Positions 44,174 through 55,353 of a stretch of DNA of 64,000 bases are shown in pieces. Each line of letters starts with the position of its first letter. The stretch's first letter is position 1. The DNA comes from a virus, in the IMG/VR virus record IMGVR_UViG_3300017782_000007, positions 22,836 to 86,835 of that record. One strand, written 5' to 3'. A program made the position numbers and the translations under genes. The notes below the pieces were generated by a model. That model searched no databases. It was not told the DNA's origin and was given only the letters and a program-made list of their open reading frames with translations.

Positions 44174-44272
44174 TCGTAATACATTTACGAAACATCCTTA
44201 CTTAAATAATAAGTTAGTCCAAAGCCAGGTATAATTAGTACTGGCTAAGGATTATAGTAAACATAAAGAGCA

Positions 44273-44983
44273 ATGGATATAAAAACCAAAATGAGACCCC
44301 TGATCGGTACCGAATGGACTGATGCTGGGGTTTTTCCATTTAAGGAATTATCTACAGTAAACAAAGAAATCAAATCTATTCCTGGCAAAGGAAAGGTACT
44401 ACCTGATACTAAAGAAAAGATATGGAAAGCATTCAAAGAATGTCCTTATGACAAAGTTAGAGTTGTTGTAATTGGAATGGATCCTTATCATACCGTACTT
44501 AAGAATGGAGAGTGTGTAGCTACTGGATTATGTTTTCAAACGTCTACTGCTGACAAGATGCCTCCCTCGTTAAAGAGGATACTAAAAGAAATAGAGGACG
44601 ATTGTTATACAGGAGAGTTCGATCCTGAGCGACTAGAAATACCTGATAACGAATTATGGGGCCCCAGATTAGCAAATCAAGGGGTTCTCATGCTTAATAC
44701 CGCACTTACAGTCACTCAGGGCTCTCCTGGCGCTCATACGAAGGCCTGGAAGCCTTTTACAAGAAAATTAATACAAACACTCGACAAAGAAAAAAAGTCT
44801 CTTATATGGCTTCTAATGGGCAACCACGCGAAATCTTTTAAGGACTTAATTAAGAATGGAGAAATAGTAGAGAGCGGTCACCCCTCTCCACTAAATTCTA
44901 AAAAAACATTTTTAGGTTCAAAACCATTTAGTAGAGTGAATGAGAAACTTAATAATATTAATTCAACTAAAATAAATTGGTAA
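44273..44983 (+). CDS. ung: Uracil-DNA glycosylase, family 1
   Basis: VVIGMDPYH, ATGLCF, PPSLKRI, QGVLMLNTALTV, GHPSPLN. Confidence 0.95.
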   Translation: MDIKTKMRPLIGTEWTDAGVFPFKELSTVNKEIKSIPGKGKVLPDTKEKIWKAFKECPYDKVRVVVIGMDPYHTVLKNGECVATGLCFQTSTADKMPPSLKRILKEIEDDCYTGEFDPERLEIPDNELWGPRLANQGVLMLNTALTVTQGSPGAHTKAWKPFTRKLIQTLDKEKKSLIWLLMGNHAKSFKDLIKNGEIVESGHPSPLNSKKTFLGSKPFSRVNEKLNNINSTKINW

Positions 44984-45351
44984 TGTATTACAATGAAATA
45001 GTTGCCTTACAGATAGTAGTTACTTTCTTAGTAGCTCTATGGTTAGGTTGGAAATTACATATCATGTACGGTAAAACACCTAAACATGATTTTAGTCAAG
45101 ACTTTGAGTGGTCTAATAAATCACCCAATACGAATTCATTTGTATTATTTGATATGAGGAATAAAGTTTTTTATCCTACTGTTAAAATAATTAGAACAAG
45201 TGAGAAAGATCCTAAGAAATATCCTGTATCCAAAGATGCAATGCATAAAGCATCTTGGAGAAGAGGGGTTAAGAAAGATGTGTGGATCTCATTTTTGAAA
45301 GTTAAAGACTCTTACAAAGATGTATGGGACTTTATTTCAAAGACATTCTAA
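44977..45351 (+). CDS. TM-anchored hypothetical protein
   Basis: N-terminal TM. Confidence 0.6.
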   Translation: MVMYYNEIVALQIVVTFLVALWLGWKLHIMYGKTPKHDFSQDFEWSNKSPNTNSFVLFDMRNKVFYPTVKIIRTSEKDPKKYPVSKDAMHKASWRRGVKKDVWISFLKVKDSYKDVWDFISKTF

Positions 45352-45375
45352 GATTTTTTAATTAAATTTTTATAT

Positions 45376-45867
45376 ATGTCAAAATTAAATCAAGGACCTG
45401 CAAAAGGTCTGTTAGCAGTCAGTTTGGTAGTATTAGTTGTTGTATTCGCAGGAATATACAACATGTTGGAGAAACAACCTCCAAAGAGCCGAATTGAGTC
45501 ATTTTACGAAGGGATTGATTCCAGTTATGCTCATTACCAATTCTACGAAGTAGAGGTTGATGAGTGGGTAACTAACTCCACAGGTACTACCTATGGTAAA
45601 GGGAAGGCAATGCCTATATTACAACTTACTCCAACAGATATCTTAGAGATGTCTGACTCATTAGACTTTTGGGTAGCTGGATATCAAGGAGATACAACTT
45701 CTTATACTGGCTTGGCCCTAGTCTTAGAATGGCCTAATAAAGGACAGTTCTTAGATGAGATAGAATTTACTGTGGGAGATACTCTTACTATTAATTCAGT
45801 ACTCGTTAAACCTGGTATTGAATTACTTTCTAAAGGATTAATTCACGGGGAGGTACAGTATGAATAG
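45376..45867 (+). CDS. TM-anchored hypothetical protein
   Basis: N-terminal TM. Confidence 0.65.
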   Translation: MSKLNQGPAKGLLAVSLVVLVVVFAGIYNMLEKQPPKSRIESFYEGIDSSYAHYQFYEVEVDEWVTNSTGTTYGKGKAMPILQLTPTDILEMSDSLDFWVAGYQGDTTSYTGLALVLEWPNKGQFLDEIEFTVGDTLTINSVLVKPGIELLSKGLIHGEVQYE

Positions 45868-46414
45868 AGATAATCTTTTCGGAGTTCTATTAGATGACTT
45901 TAGAGCGGTAGATCCTAAGATTGATAAGAGAGATCTTTGGCAATCTTTCTCTCAGCATAGTCCTGATGTAGATGACTTTCTGTACTTTAGGGAAGAAACT
46001 TTAGAGAATATAGAAGATTTTAGAAAAACTCTTAAAGGTAAGGTATGGACTTTTGAAAATAAAAAGAAATTCTTACTTAATAAGGCTGAGATGAAACACG
46101 ATATTGAGCTTAGGAAGTGGGAACTACTGACTACATTATCAGAAGAGATATATACCCTTAAGATTAAAGAGCTCATTAAAGTTGTTACTGACAAACTTAG
46201 GAGGAAATATCTAAAAGCTAAAAATAGGCTCGACCAGTTAGTCGATCCTGAAGCAGATGCAGAGACTCAGAAGAAAATGCGTGCTAGAAATAAGGAAATC
46301 AATAGAAAGAGATCCTTAGAGGAAAGAAAGCTAGAGAGAGCAGCCAGAGCATTGATCTCTGAAAAAGTTAAAAAGGAGGAATGTAAATACAAAGAGCTAT
46401 TAGATAGTCTCTAA
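45860..46414 (+). CDS. Hypothetical coiled-coil protein
   Basis: 184 aa, highly charged. Confidence 0.65.
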   Translation: MNRDNLFGVLLDDFRAVDPKIDKRDLWQSFSQHSPDVDDFLYFREETLENIEDFRKTLKGKVWTFENKKKFLLNKAEMKHDIELRKWELLTTLSEEIYTLKIKELIKVVTDKLRRKYLKAKNRLDQLVDPEADAETQKKMRARNKEINRKRSLEERKLERAARALISEKVKKEECKYKELLDSL

Positions 46415-46476
46415 ATTAGGAAGGAGAATGACTACCAAGTTGTTCTCCTTATTTTATATAGCATGTTAATAAGACC

Positions 46477-46884
46477 ATGACAAATAAATATAAAAATACT
46501 CCTGTATTGGGGTATAGATCTAAGAAAGAACAAAGATTTGCTGAACTTCTCGTAGAAGCTGGTATACCTTATGGGTATGAGACTGAGAAGTTTATATTAC
46601 AAAATAAGTTTAAACAACCTCATTACGCCAGATTTGGTAAGAGGTTTAAACTATTGGAATCAGTTAGAGCAATCACATTTACTCCTGACTTCATTATCCA
46701 CAAAAACGGTGTAAAATATATTGTAGAGATTAAGGGTTTCAAAACTGGACCTTATGCAATAAAGAAGAAATTGTTTCTTTATTGGCTACACACGCACCAC
46801 CCGGAGCATATGTTTATAGAATTAAACAGTGTCGGGGAGATGAAAACTTTTATTCAATTACTAAATAATAATTACGATGGTTGA
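46477..46884 (+). CDS. PD-(D/E)xK endonuclease (T7 endo I / DUF1064-like)
   Basis: YRSKKE, YETEKF, FTPDF, VEIKG. Confidence 0.85.
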   Translation: MTNKYKNTPVLGYRSKKEQRFAELLVEAGIPYGYETEKFILQNKFKQPHYARFGKRFKLLESVRAITFTPDFIIHKNGVKYIVEIKGFKTGPYAIKKKLFLYWLHTHHPEHMFIELNSVGEMKTFIQLLNNNYDG

Positions 46885-47293
46885 TACTAACCAAGAATTA
46901 GATCTTTCTCACTTGGATTTCGGAACCGAAATTGAACAAGTGAAAGAGAGAGAAAGAAACTTTACGAAATACTCTAAGCTAAGAGATGAAAAAACTTGGA
47001 CTTCGAAGGATGGAAAGGAGTACAAGATTTCTGAGTTAGGTGATATGCATTTATCAAATATATACACTTTCTTAGAGAGAATTGCAGACGGCTTAGCAAG
47101 AGAAAAAGAAGCAACTAAGTCATTACAAGATCTTATGGCTAGGGAACTAGAATATAGGATAGTGAATGATATTAGATTAGGAGAATCTGTAACTACTTCT
47201 GAAGATAAAGATAGTGTTAGTCCTACTAACCATCTTACGGCAGAAGAATCAGAATCTATTATAGAAAAAATTAAAAATAAATTAAATGTTTAA
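46877..47293 (+). CDS. Hypothetical protein
   Basis: Contains WTSKDGKEYKISELGDMHLSN. Confidence 0.65.
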   Translation: MVDTNQELDLSHLDFGTEIEQVKERERNFTKYSKLRDEKTWTSKDGKEYKISELGDMHLSNIYTFLERIADGLAREKEATKSLQDLMARELEYRIVNDIRLGESVTTSEDKDSVSPTNHLTAEESESIIEKIKNKLNV

Positions 47294-47747
47294 TACACTA
47301 AGACAAGGGCATGCTGATACTCGAGAGACGTATTTGCATACAGATAACGACGGAAGAACACAATTGCTAGAGAAAATTTCTAATGACAGTCTACTAGATA
47401 GACTACAAGAGACGGGAGGTGAGCTTGGCCAGTTAATGGCTGAAACTAACTTTGATAGTAAAGGTTACCCTATTCTATCAAGACAAGAAGCTGCTCATCA
47501 TGCGGGTAAGATTAGAGAGTTTGAAACTCTGGTCGGAGAATTTAAATTTAGATTACTTCACAACATTTCGGTAGGGGATGAAGATGTTCCTGAGCCAGAT
47601 ATAGAGGGAAATGATTTTGACGATGGTGATATGACTGAAGTAGGAAGTATTGACGAATTAGTTAACTTATTAAATAAAATTAAGAATGAAAAAACTCAAT
47701 CAATTGGAACTCAAGAATTTTGTAACTGTAGTGGTTGCGGAAACTAA
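47286..47747 (+). CDS. Hypothetical acidic protein
   Basis: 153 aa ORF. Confidence 0.65.
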   Translation: MFNTLRQGHADTRETYLHTDNDGRTQLLEKISNDSLLDRLQETGGELGQLMAETNFDSKGYPILSRQEAAHHAGKIREFETLVGEFKFRLLHNISVGDEDVPEPDIEGNDFDDGDMTEVGSIDELVNLLNKIKNEKTQSIGTQEFCNCSGCGN

Positions 47748-48147
47748 TCAATTAATTGATGATTACAATAAGAAGTTACCTAGAACTAAGGAATATTTAG
47801 ACGGAGAAGAAGCAATTCTATCTGGCCCTGGATTCCTTAAGTGTAAGGAGACTCTAACAGAGTTAAAAACTTTATTAAAAACTGATGAACTAGGGGGTAG
47901 TATCTCTAATAGCTTACAGTGTTACATGAAAGATTTCGAGAGAAATTTTGTATCTCAGAAATTGACAGAGATGTTTCCTTTAAAAAGGAGCTATGGAAGA
48001 AAGGGAGATTGGGGTAGTAGATATAGTGTGGGTGAAGGCTACGTTGTAGTCGCGAATTCTAACGTAGATGAAGCCAAGAAACTTCCTTATGCGGATGTTG
48101 AAGAATTTAAACAAGCTATGGTTCAAAAGTTATTTAATGAAGCTTAA
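47686..48147 (+). CDS. Hypothetical protein
   Basis: 153 aa ORF. Confidence 0.65.
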   Translation: MKKLNQLELKNFVTVVVAETNQLIDDYNKKLPRTKEYLDGEEAILSGPGFLKCKETLTELKTLLKTDELGGSISNSLQCYMKDFERNFVSQKLTEMFPLKRSYGRKGDWGSRYSVGEGYVVVANSNVDEAKKLPYADVEEFKQAMVQKLFNEA

Positions 48148-48176
48148 GAGATTTATTAATTAAATCTTTATATATT

Positions 48177-48371
48177 ATGAGTAGAATAACAAAATTATTC
48201 TTAGGGTTACTATTAAGTATATTCGTATTAAACTTATTTTTAGCAGACTGCACGGAAACTATAAGTATTGAGTCAAAACTACCCTCTGCAAATGTAGAGT
48301 ATGGAAGACTAACAGATCAGAAAATAGACGGTGATAGTTTACGACGGAAGCCTTTTCGAGAGGACGAGTAG
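48177..48371 (+). CDS. Small signal/TM protein
   Basis: N-terminal hydrophobic helix. Confidence 0.5.
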   Translation: MSRITKLFLGLLLSIFVLNLFLADCTETISIESKLPSANVEYGRLTDQKIDGDSLRRKPFREDE

Positions 48372-48573
48372 TATGTGGTTTAAACTTCTAGTATCATTGA
48401 ATCCAACAGGTTCTGGTAATCGGTTAATTGTATTATATTTTTATAATAAGTTAATTAGAAGTCCGTCAAGATTTTTGGGGACACGGTATCAAGAAGGAAT
48501 CCTGCTTAAGTTTAATTAGAGTATGGTTGATAGTAACCTACTCTTTTACTATGTTTTATTAAAAATTACATGA

Positions 48574-49587
48574 ATGAATCCTGTAAAGGAATATTTCGCA
48601 TCACCGAGGCTTAATGCCTCCAGATTAAAAGAATTACATAATCCCAAGTGGATTAAATACAAAATGGATAATCCTGATGACGAAGATGAAGAGAAGAGAC
48701 ATTTTAGGGTAGGATCTGCATTAGATTGTATGATGACTACTCCAGAGGAATTTGATAATGAGTTCGTCACTATTAATGCAATGAGACCATCAGGCAAGAT
48801 GGGTTTCTTTGTAGATAATTTACCATTAGGATTAACAGAAGAATCATCCAAAGAAGATTACGTAGATACTTACAACGCCGCAGGTTATAAGGCAAAGCTT
48901 GAAACAGTAATAAAGAATTTGTGGAATACTCCCAAGTACAAAAGGTATTACTTGGAAAGGGTAGATGCAAAGGGAAAGACCGTCTTATCATTAGATGAGA
49001 TGTTTGAAGTAAAGAATTGTAAAAACCTGTTATATGACAATCCCCATGTTAGAGAAATCTGGTTAAACTCCCCTACTAGTAATTACTTTCAATTACCAAT
49101 TTACTTTGAGTATAAGGAAACTGAATGTAAAGGTATGTTGGATATATTAAGAGTAGATAAGGTGAACAAGATTATACAACCTGTTGATTTAAAAACAACA
49201 GCTAGATCTGTTCTAGGGTTTGCGGGTGCATTCTTAACATTTGGATATAATATCCAAGCAGCTATGTATGATGCTGCATTAAGATCAGATGCATTTGCTC
49301 CTCAGTTTAAAGAGATGACCGGGGATGATATAAAAGAATATGAAATAAAACCAATGAAGTTTTTGGTGGTAGAAAAGAAGGGGTCCAATCCTTCTCGATA
49401 CTTTAATTGTACTGAGAATGATATGAAGGCATGTTATGAGGGAGGTACAACTAAGAATGGAAGAGTCTATCCAGGACTCAACGATTTGATAGATGACTTC
49501 AATTGGCACGTAGAACATAATTACTGGGCATTGCCCCGAGACTTAGTCGATGATGGTTCAGTAGATTTAAACTTATTTGAGAAATGA
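48574..49587 (+). CDS. PD-(D/E)xK exonuclease (RecE/DUF3799-like)
   Basis: LNASRLK, GSALDC, KGMLD...VDLKTT, YNIQAAMY. Confidence 0.85.
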   Translation: MNPVKEYFASPRLNASRLKELHNPKWIKYKMDNPDDEDEEKRHFRVGSALDCMMTTPEEFDNEFVTINAMRPSGKMGFFVDNLPLGLTEESSKEDYVDTYNAAGYKAKLETVIKNLWNTPKYKRYYLERVDAKGKTVLSLDEMFEVKNCKNLLYDNPHVREIWLNSPTSNYFQLPIYFEYKETECKGMLDILRVDKVNKIIQPVDLKTTARSVLGFAGAFLTFGYNIQAAMYDAALRSDAFAPQFKEMTGDDIKEYEIKPMKFLVVEKKGSNPSRYFNCTENDMKACYEGGTTKNGRVYPGLNDLIDDFNWHVEHNYWALPRDLVDDGSVDLNLFEK

Positions 49588-50072
49588 CACAGGACCAAAC
49601 AAAAACATCAACATTTATCTTACCTATTATAAACCTACAGCTGAGATCGGAACTAATCGACTCTTACCTAGGTGTAGATTCTTCGCCAGAAGATTTTGGT
49701 AAATCCATTTATATTGAAGTAGCTAATTTAAGTGAAGAATTAGTTCGGCCGGATATAGATGAGATCATAGATTTAGGAGGTACATATTTGTTAAAATATA
49801 CTTTTACCGAGAAAGAATATCAAACATTTGTTTATCCCTTTATACATGGAAAATACTCCAAGATGAATAAAGAATACACAAGGACATTTTTTCCTTTGTA
49901 TGAATTCTTTGATGGAGCGGCTCACCCATCTTTGTTTCAAAAGATATTTGATAGATGTTCTACTTTGAAAGAACATTGGGAAAAGAGGCTAGGAGTTACA
50001 CTAAACTCTAAAGCAGAGGTATGGACAAAGATGCTGGAATTGGAAAACACTTTTTACTTTAACCAGAAATAG
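49584..50072 (+). CDS. Hypothetical protein
   Basis: TSTFILP...FIHGKYSK...WEKRLG; coupled to the nuclease gene. Confidence 0.7.
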   Translation: MTQDQTKTSTFILPIINLQLRSELIDSYLGVDSSPEDFGKSIYIEVANLSEELVRPDIDEIIDLGGTYLLKYTFTEKEYQTFVYPFIHGKYSKMNKEYTRTFFPLYEFFDGAAHPSLFQKIFDRCSTLKEHWEKRLGVTLNSKAEVWTKMLELENTFYFNQK

Positions 50073-50080
50073 AAAATATT

Positions 50081-50605
50081 ATGTTTAGTAGTTTTAAGAA
50101 ACTCGGGAAGACATGCGTTGGTTATGGAAAAACGATTTGGGGAGATATGACTGAGGAAGTTATTGAGGACACGGATTGGGATACCAAAGCATCAGATGCA
50201 ATGCGGACACTACAACTTAATCACAATGATCTTAAATTAGTTAATCAATTTAAGGGTAAGAATAAACAGGAGGTGGCATGTGAATTATTGAACTTGTCTC
50301 CAAAGGAAGCTAAGGTTGTAATAAACTTTAGCTCTCTTTCGGTAGCCGAGAAGATAAAGAAAATAGCGGATACTCCTGAACATTTTGGTAAGTTTTTCAA
50401 CTTGGCTCATGCCCATTATTTGGCAAAGTCCAAGAGCAATAGAAATTCATGGAAGAAAAAACCATGGAAAGAACATGCTGGAAAAGCTTTAGCTATTCTT
50501 GATCGAATAGTTAAAGAAGATGAATTCAAACTTACTGACCTTTATGAAGTAACCGTAAGGTTATACTACCTAGCAAAATTCAAATTGATGGGTAACATGA
50601 ATTAA
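50081..50605 (+). CDS. Hypothetical protein
   Basis: 174 aa ORF. Confidence 0.7.
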   Translation: MFSSFKKLGKTCVGYGKTIWGDMTEEVIEDTDWDTKASDAMRTLQLNHNDLKLVNQFKGKNKQEVACELLNLSPKEAKVVINFSSLSVAEKIKKIADTPEHFGKFFNLAHAHYLAKSKSNRNSWKKKPWKEHAGKALAILDRIVKEDEFKLTDLYEVTVRLYYLAKFKLMGNMN

Positions 50606-50626
50606 TATTTAAGTTTTGGCATAGAA

Positions 50627-50669
50627 AAGGGTCCGGCGGTCATTACGACTACTGGACCCTTACTATTTT
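50627..50669. terminator. Strong hairpin near the convergence point (possibly bidirectional terminator)
   Basis: AAGGGTCCGGCGGTC/GACTACTGGACCCTT flanked by A and T tracts. Confidence 0.6.
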
Positions 50670-50691
50670 CTATTAATTAAAAAATTATTTA

Positions 50692-50868
50692 ATGCTAATA
50701 TTATCAGCAGTTTTAATATATGGAGTGTATAAATTATGGACTTGGAAATTTACTTGTCCTTATTGTAGTAGTCAAAATACATTCTACGAACCTCCATACG
50801 ATGATGCTTACTTTTCATTAGATGAAATGTTTCATTGTTATGATTGTGCCAAAAAAGAATTACCTTAA
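50692..50868 (+). CDS. Small TM plus Zn-ribbon protein (58 aa)
   Basis: MLILSAVLIYGVYKLW...CPYC...CYDC; below track cutoff. Confidence 0.55.
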   Translation: MLILSAVLIYGVYKLWTWKFTCPYCSSQNTFYEPPYDDAYFSLDEMFHCYDCAKKELP

Positions 50869-53800
50869 GACATCGAGGAAATCAGTTTCCTCATCATTAT
50901 ACTCATCAAAAATCATTTGAGTTTGTCTTAAACCAGATAACACAGGGAGTGAGTTGATTAAAGCTTTTTTACCTTTAACAGCTCCTTCTCTTGTTATCTC
51001 TCCATTCCATATACCTTCTGTTAACCAACTAGATACTGCAGTTAAGAACTTTAAGGCCTTGCCAGCAGCAGGGATTGGTTTCTCTATGAACCTAAATAAA
51101 TCAATAGGATTAGCTCCCTGAGTAATATCCTCATACATTAAACGATTCCATCTCTTAGCATAATACTTATCCTCATCATCCTCAGGTATCGCATGACTCA
51201 TTACATACAATAATACAGCCATTGCTGTTGTAGCTAACATGTGAGAGAATTGAGCTTTCTCTTCCTGACTAAGGTTTTCCCAGAGATAAACATCACTACG
51301 ATACCCTTCTCTAAACCTATCTGAATTCCTACCTAAGTAAGCTCCAGCTACATTAGCCATCAATAAGAATCTACCTTGTTGAACTCTCTCCTGCCAAGTA
51401 TAAACATCCATACCTTCATTCTGTTCTATGTTACCATCCTTATCTAATTGAGGAACCCAGTCCCCCAATGACTCAGATAACGATCGTTTCATCCATAGAT
51501 TATTAATCATCTCTGGTAAGAACTTCTTAAACTGAACTACAAACTGTCCCCAGATTTCTAATTCGATAGCCATCTTTTCTTCAGATCTATATGAACCGTG
51601 AATACGTTCATGAATCTTTTTCATATGTGCTATCTCTCTAGGTTCAAAGCCAAGAAGATCTCTATAAGTTCCATCAGGATCTTGTATTCTTCCTCTTGAT
51701 GGCCCTGTATATTCATACTCACCATTCTGTTCATTTAACTTATATGCATCCCACATATTAGTATCCCCTACTTTCCTAGCTTTCATTTGCATGTACATAG
51801 TCATAAGAGAGCCATAGTTCTCAAACATAGTATGGAGCATATATAAATGACCTGAATCAACTAAAGGGTTTCTAGCCCCTAGTAGCTCTGAACTGTTAAC
51901 CTTATAATCAAAATTATCAGCGATATAATTAATTTGTTTGGCCATGCCCCACATCTTATTTGAATCAGCCTTACCAGACCATACAGCAGGTAAATAAGAA
52001 GAGAAGTATGCAGCATTAAATGCTAACATGTCTTTCATTCTTAAATCTACTTTAGACTCATCTCCACCTGCTATCAATACCATCTCATTCTTAACTGCTT
52101 CAAGTGCGTTTAATGATATAATCAAAGCACCGTTCGCTGCACCAGCTCCTGCTTTAAGCATCATAGCTGTCATAGTGGTCCATGCTTTCATCATGTAAAC
52201 TGCCTTAGTATAGTTAACCTCATTAATACCTGGATTCAGTATTCCATGCTTAACCCACCAAGAATCCTCATCAACATTAAACTCAATCTTTCTTTTAAGA
52301 TCATCTTCTCTGAATCGTTGATCTAATACTTGTAACATTACTTGATCATCAAAGAACTGAACTGTATTCTTATACATAAGACTACCTTTAGTATCTGTCT
52401 TTGCCTGAAGATAACCTTTAATACCTTTAGATAAAGAGTATAATTCATCCATCTCTTGTTTACGAATCATGTTATTCATAAACTCTAAATATCCATGTTG
52501 CATATTTAATGAATGATTACCACTAGTTATGATAGAAGAATCATCCTCAATCAAATACTTAGTTCTTACTCCACCTTCAAAGGTATCTAGCTTCTGAAAG
52601 TTCTGTTCAAAGAAAGTAGTAAAATACTTATAGAACATATGTCTAGCAGTAGCCTTAATAGGTAACCAATCTGATTCCTGAATATCACCTAAAGTTTGTG
52701 GCATTCTAGGAGCAAAATCTTCATTTAAGTTAGAAGGTTTCTTTAAATAACTATACATAGGTATCTGATCTCCATTCTCTGTAGTAACAGTAGTATTAGC
52801 GACAGTAGCATATTCTATATGCATATTCTTTCTAATATGATCTCTGTATAATATCTGGGCAGTAGACATATGTCTAGTGGATTTAGATATAGGGTCATAA
52901 TAAGTATTAGCAAGATTCATAAACTGACCTTCCTTATTAGGATTAGTAGCCCATAAGAATGCATATAGCTCCTTAGTCTTAAGGCCCATGCCAAGAACAT
53001 TATTAATACCTACGTTAGGTATTCCTTTGCGCTTTAAATACTCATCTAGTACAGGCTTAAACATCTTATCATTCTCATGTCTAACTGCTCTCATTCTTTT
53101 CTCCATGATATCTTTCTTATTACGCCAAAGCTTAACGAAAGTTTTAATCAGAGGGTTCTTAACCTTAGAGAAGTTATCTGTAAGCCTCTCATACATAGTC
53201 ATATCTGAATCAGCTCTTAACTCATGCCCAACTTCTAACTGCATACCTGTCTCTTTGTTTAATTCCAAAGCCAGCTTAGCTAGTTGCTGAGATTGTTTCT
53301 TAAGTGCAGCCATCTTAGGCTTATTCAAATCCTCATCAGAGTATTTAGAATGAATAGCAGATAATCTAGCATGAACCCATACATTTTTCTGGCTAAGGTC
53401 CATACCTCTTAATTGATCTTGAAACTGATTAACAACTGTATCTTGCCCAACATAACTGTTAGGATTAAGTAAACCACGTTGTCTGATCTCTTTCATTTCT
53501 TCAGGAGTCTTAACTGACTCTAAGTACTTACCTAATGTACCTAAATAAGCATTGACATCGACATTATAAATATTGATACCATTGTTATTATTTATATAAG
53601 GTACTGCTATTCTCTCAAACTTAGCATCAGGTAGATTCTCTCTAACCATGAATGCTTTAATCATCATCTCTAACTTGGCTCTGGATATCTTTGAATCTGT
53701 TAAACCCCAGTTAGCACCAAATCTTAAGATTCTAGTAGAATCTAAGCCTTTCATAGTATTAGATGTCTTAAAATCTAATAGAGTTAATTCTCCTACTCTG

Positions 53801-55353
53801 TTCTGAAGTATACCCTCAAAGTGAGAACCTATTCCAAACACGTCTGATTTAAGAACAACATCTTCTTTAATTCTATGTTCAGTTCCTTCTTTATAAGGAT
53901 TATCTTCAGCTACAGCTCCTATATATTTCTGAATACCTAATTCAGTCATAGCTTCCGGTAAAGCTTTTCTAAGATCCTCAAATACTTGTTTTCTTATATC
54001 TCTACCTGTTAATCTTCTATACTTATCGTGTAGTCTATTAAACTTAGATTGAAATGTAGTTAAGCCCAGATTATCCTTAGCATTAACATTCATCTCTGCC
54101 ATGATCCACATATTAATCATCTTATTATAAAGAGTTGTCGCTTCTAATAGTTGTCTATGTTTATCTACTGCTTGGTCAAAATTTATCTCTGTACCTTGAG
54201 CAGCATCAAATATAGTACCAGTTTCGGGATCTACATTACCAAACTCTTTTAAAGCTGCATACTCAGCAGGAGAATAATCCTCCCCTTGATATCTTACCTT
54301 AAAATTATCTTTTCTAAAATCCCCTATAGAGGGAACTATATTATCTGCAAATGTTATAGTATCATCAGAGCTATCATATACTCCTCCTTGTTCAGTACTT
54401 ATATCTTCTAATTTTACTAGATGATCAGGTACTGTTTCTTGATTAAATTCTAATCCAGTTAAGGTATTGGTATCTATAAATACTGACTTATTACCTAACA
54501 TTATATCAGATAAATCTTCTAGAGTCATAAACCCTAGAGAATCAGGTCTTAGATAGGTCTGTGAGCCTCTTAGAGCCGATATAAGAGCATTTAACGTGCT
54601 CTGAATATATTCTATTAACTTTTTCATAAAAGTCGCTCTACCAAGCTTAAAAGCCGTTATACGGCCTAAGTCATCTACGATCTGCTCTTCAATCAGATCT
54701 TCTTCGGAGAGGTGCGGGTTCCTCTCTCTTACATCTGAGCTGACCTCAGTAGTTTTAACTAGCCCTTCGTATACCTTGGGGTTCTCTACTTTAATAGCTC
54801 TTATAAATGGATGCCCGAATTCATGGAACGCAGTCTCCTTGTTAGCCCTAGCCAGATTAATATAGACGGTATCGTCCTTGGCCCAGCCAGCCTTAGTGTT
54901 ATTTGGTTGATTAACTATCTCTAGATTGATGTCAGGGAATACAGTTCGAAGATGACCTAAAACAGTTTTTAAACTGGCTAAGGCATTATCGTTTGATACT
55001 TGTATCCGTCTCTTTCTATTAGCTAATTCCGATTTAGGATTATATAATAGTGGGAACTCTTGACCATTGTTCTTCTTGAATACCCATTGGTTATTAGATT
55101 TATATAGCTGAGGTTCTCCATGTGAGTTTAGTTTACCTACACGTACCTTAGCACCACCTATCTTAGCTACCCAATCACCAAACCAGTTCTTAAAAGGCTC
55201 AGTGAATATAGTGCCCCACATTAATAAAGCATTCTCTTTATTGGAGTCTATATTGTTTTTTATTTTAGTATATAGAGGCGAGGGTGTCCCCCGGCCAATA
55301 GAATTGACCGAGGTGATTTCACCACCAGCGTCTCTGTTTATTAAACACGCCAT
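50860..55353 (-). CDS. Giant virion cargo protein with zincin-like and PD-(D/E)xK-like domains
   Basis: 1497 aa; MACLINRD start, FHEFGH (HExxH), LLDFKTS, late TM-like segment; adjacent to the vRNAP gene. Confidence 0.7.
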   Translation of the reverse strand: MACLINRDAGGEITSVNSIGRGTPSPLYTKIKNNIDSNKENALLMWGTIFTEPFKNWFGDWVAKIGGAKVRVGKLNSHGEPQLYKSNNQWVFKKNNGQEFPLLYNPKSELANRKRRIQVSNDNALASLKTVLGHLRTVFPDINLEIVNQPNNTKAGWAKDDTVYINLARANKETAFHEFGHPFIRAIKVENPKVYEGLVKTTEVSSDVRERNPHLSEEDLIEEQIVDDLGRITAFKLGRATFMKKLIEYIQSTLNALISALRGSQTYLRPDSLGFMTLEDLSDIMLGNKSVFIDTNTLTGLEFNQETVPDHLVKLEDISTEQGGVYDSSDDTITFADNIVPSIGDFRKDNFKVRYQGEDYSPAEYAALKEFGNVDPETGTIFDAAQGTEINFDQAVDKHRQLLEATTLYNKMINMWIMAEMNVNAKDNLGLTTFQSKFNRLHDKYRRLTGRDIRKQVFEDLRKALPEAMTELGIQKYIGAVAEDNPYKEGTEHRIKEDVVLKSDVFGIGSHFEGILQNRVGELTLLDFKTSNTMKGLDSTRILRFGANWGLTDSKISRAKLEMMIKAFMVRENLPDAKFERIAVPYINNNNGINIYNVDVNAYLGTLGKYLESVKTPEEMKEIRQRGLLNPNSYVGQDTVVNQFQDQLRGMDLSQKNVWVHARLSAIHSKYSDEDLNKPKMAALKKQSQQLAKLALELNKETGMQLEVGHELRADSDMTMYERLTDNFSKVKNPLIKTFVKLWRNKKDIMEKRMRAVRHENDKMFKPVLDEYLKRKGIPNVGINNVLGMGLKTKELYAFLWATNPNKEGQFMNLANTYYDPISKSTRHMSTAQILYRDHIRKNMHIEYATVANTTVTTENGDQIPMYSYLKKPSNLNEDFAPRMPQTLGDIQESDWLPIKATARHMFYKYFTTFFEQNFQKLDTFEGGVRTKYLIEDDSSIITSGNHSLNMQHGYLEFMNNMIRKQEMDELYSLSKGIKGYLQAKTDTKGSLMYKNTVQFFDDQVMLQVLDQRFREDDLKRKIEFNVDEDSWWVKHGILNPGINEVNYTKAVYMMKAWTTMTAMMLKAGAGAANGALIISLNALEAVKNEMVLIAGGDESKVDLRMKDMLAFNAAYFSSYLPAVWSGKADSNKMWGMAKQINYIADNFDYKVNSSELLGARNPLVDSGHLYMLHTMFENYGSLMTMYMQMKARKVGDTNMWDAYKLNEQNGEYEYTGPSRGRIQDPDGTYRDLLGFEPREIAHMKKIHERIHGSYRSEEKMAIELEIWGQFVVQFKKFLPEMINNLWMKRSLSESLGDWVPQLDKDGNIEQNEGMDVYTWQERVQQGRFLLMANVAGAYLGRNSDRFREGYRSDVYLWENLSQEEKAQFSHMLATTAMAVLLYVMSHAIPEDDEDKYYAKRWNRLMYEDITQGANPIDLFRFIEKPIPAAGKALKFLTAVSSWLTEGIWNGEITREGAVKGKKALINSLPVLSGLRQTQMIFDEYNDEETDFLDVLR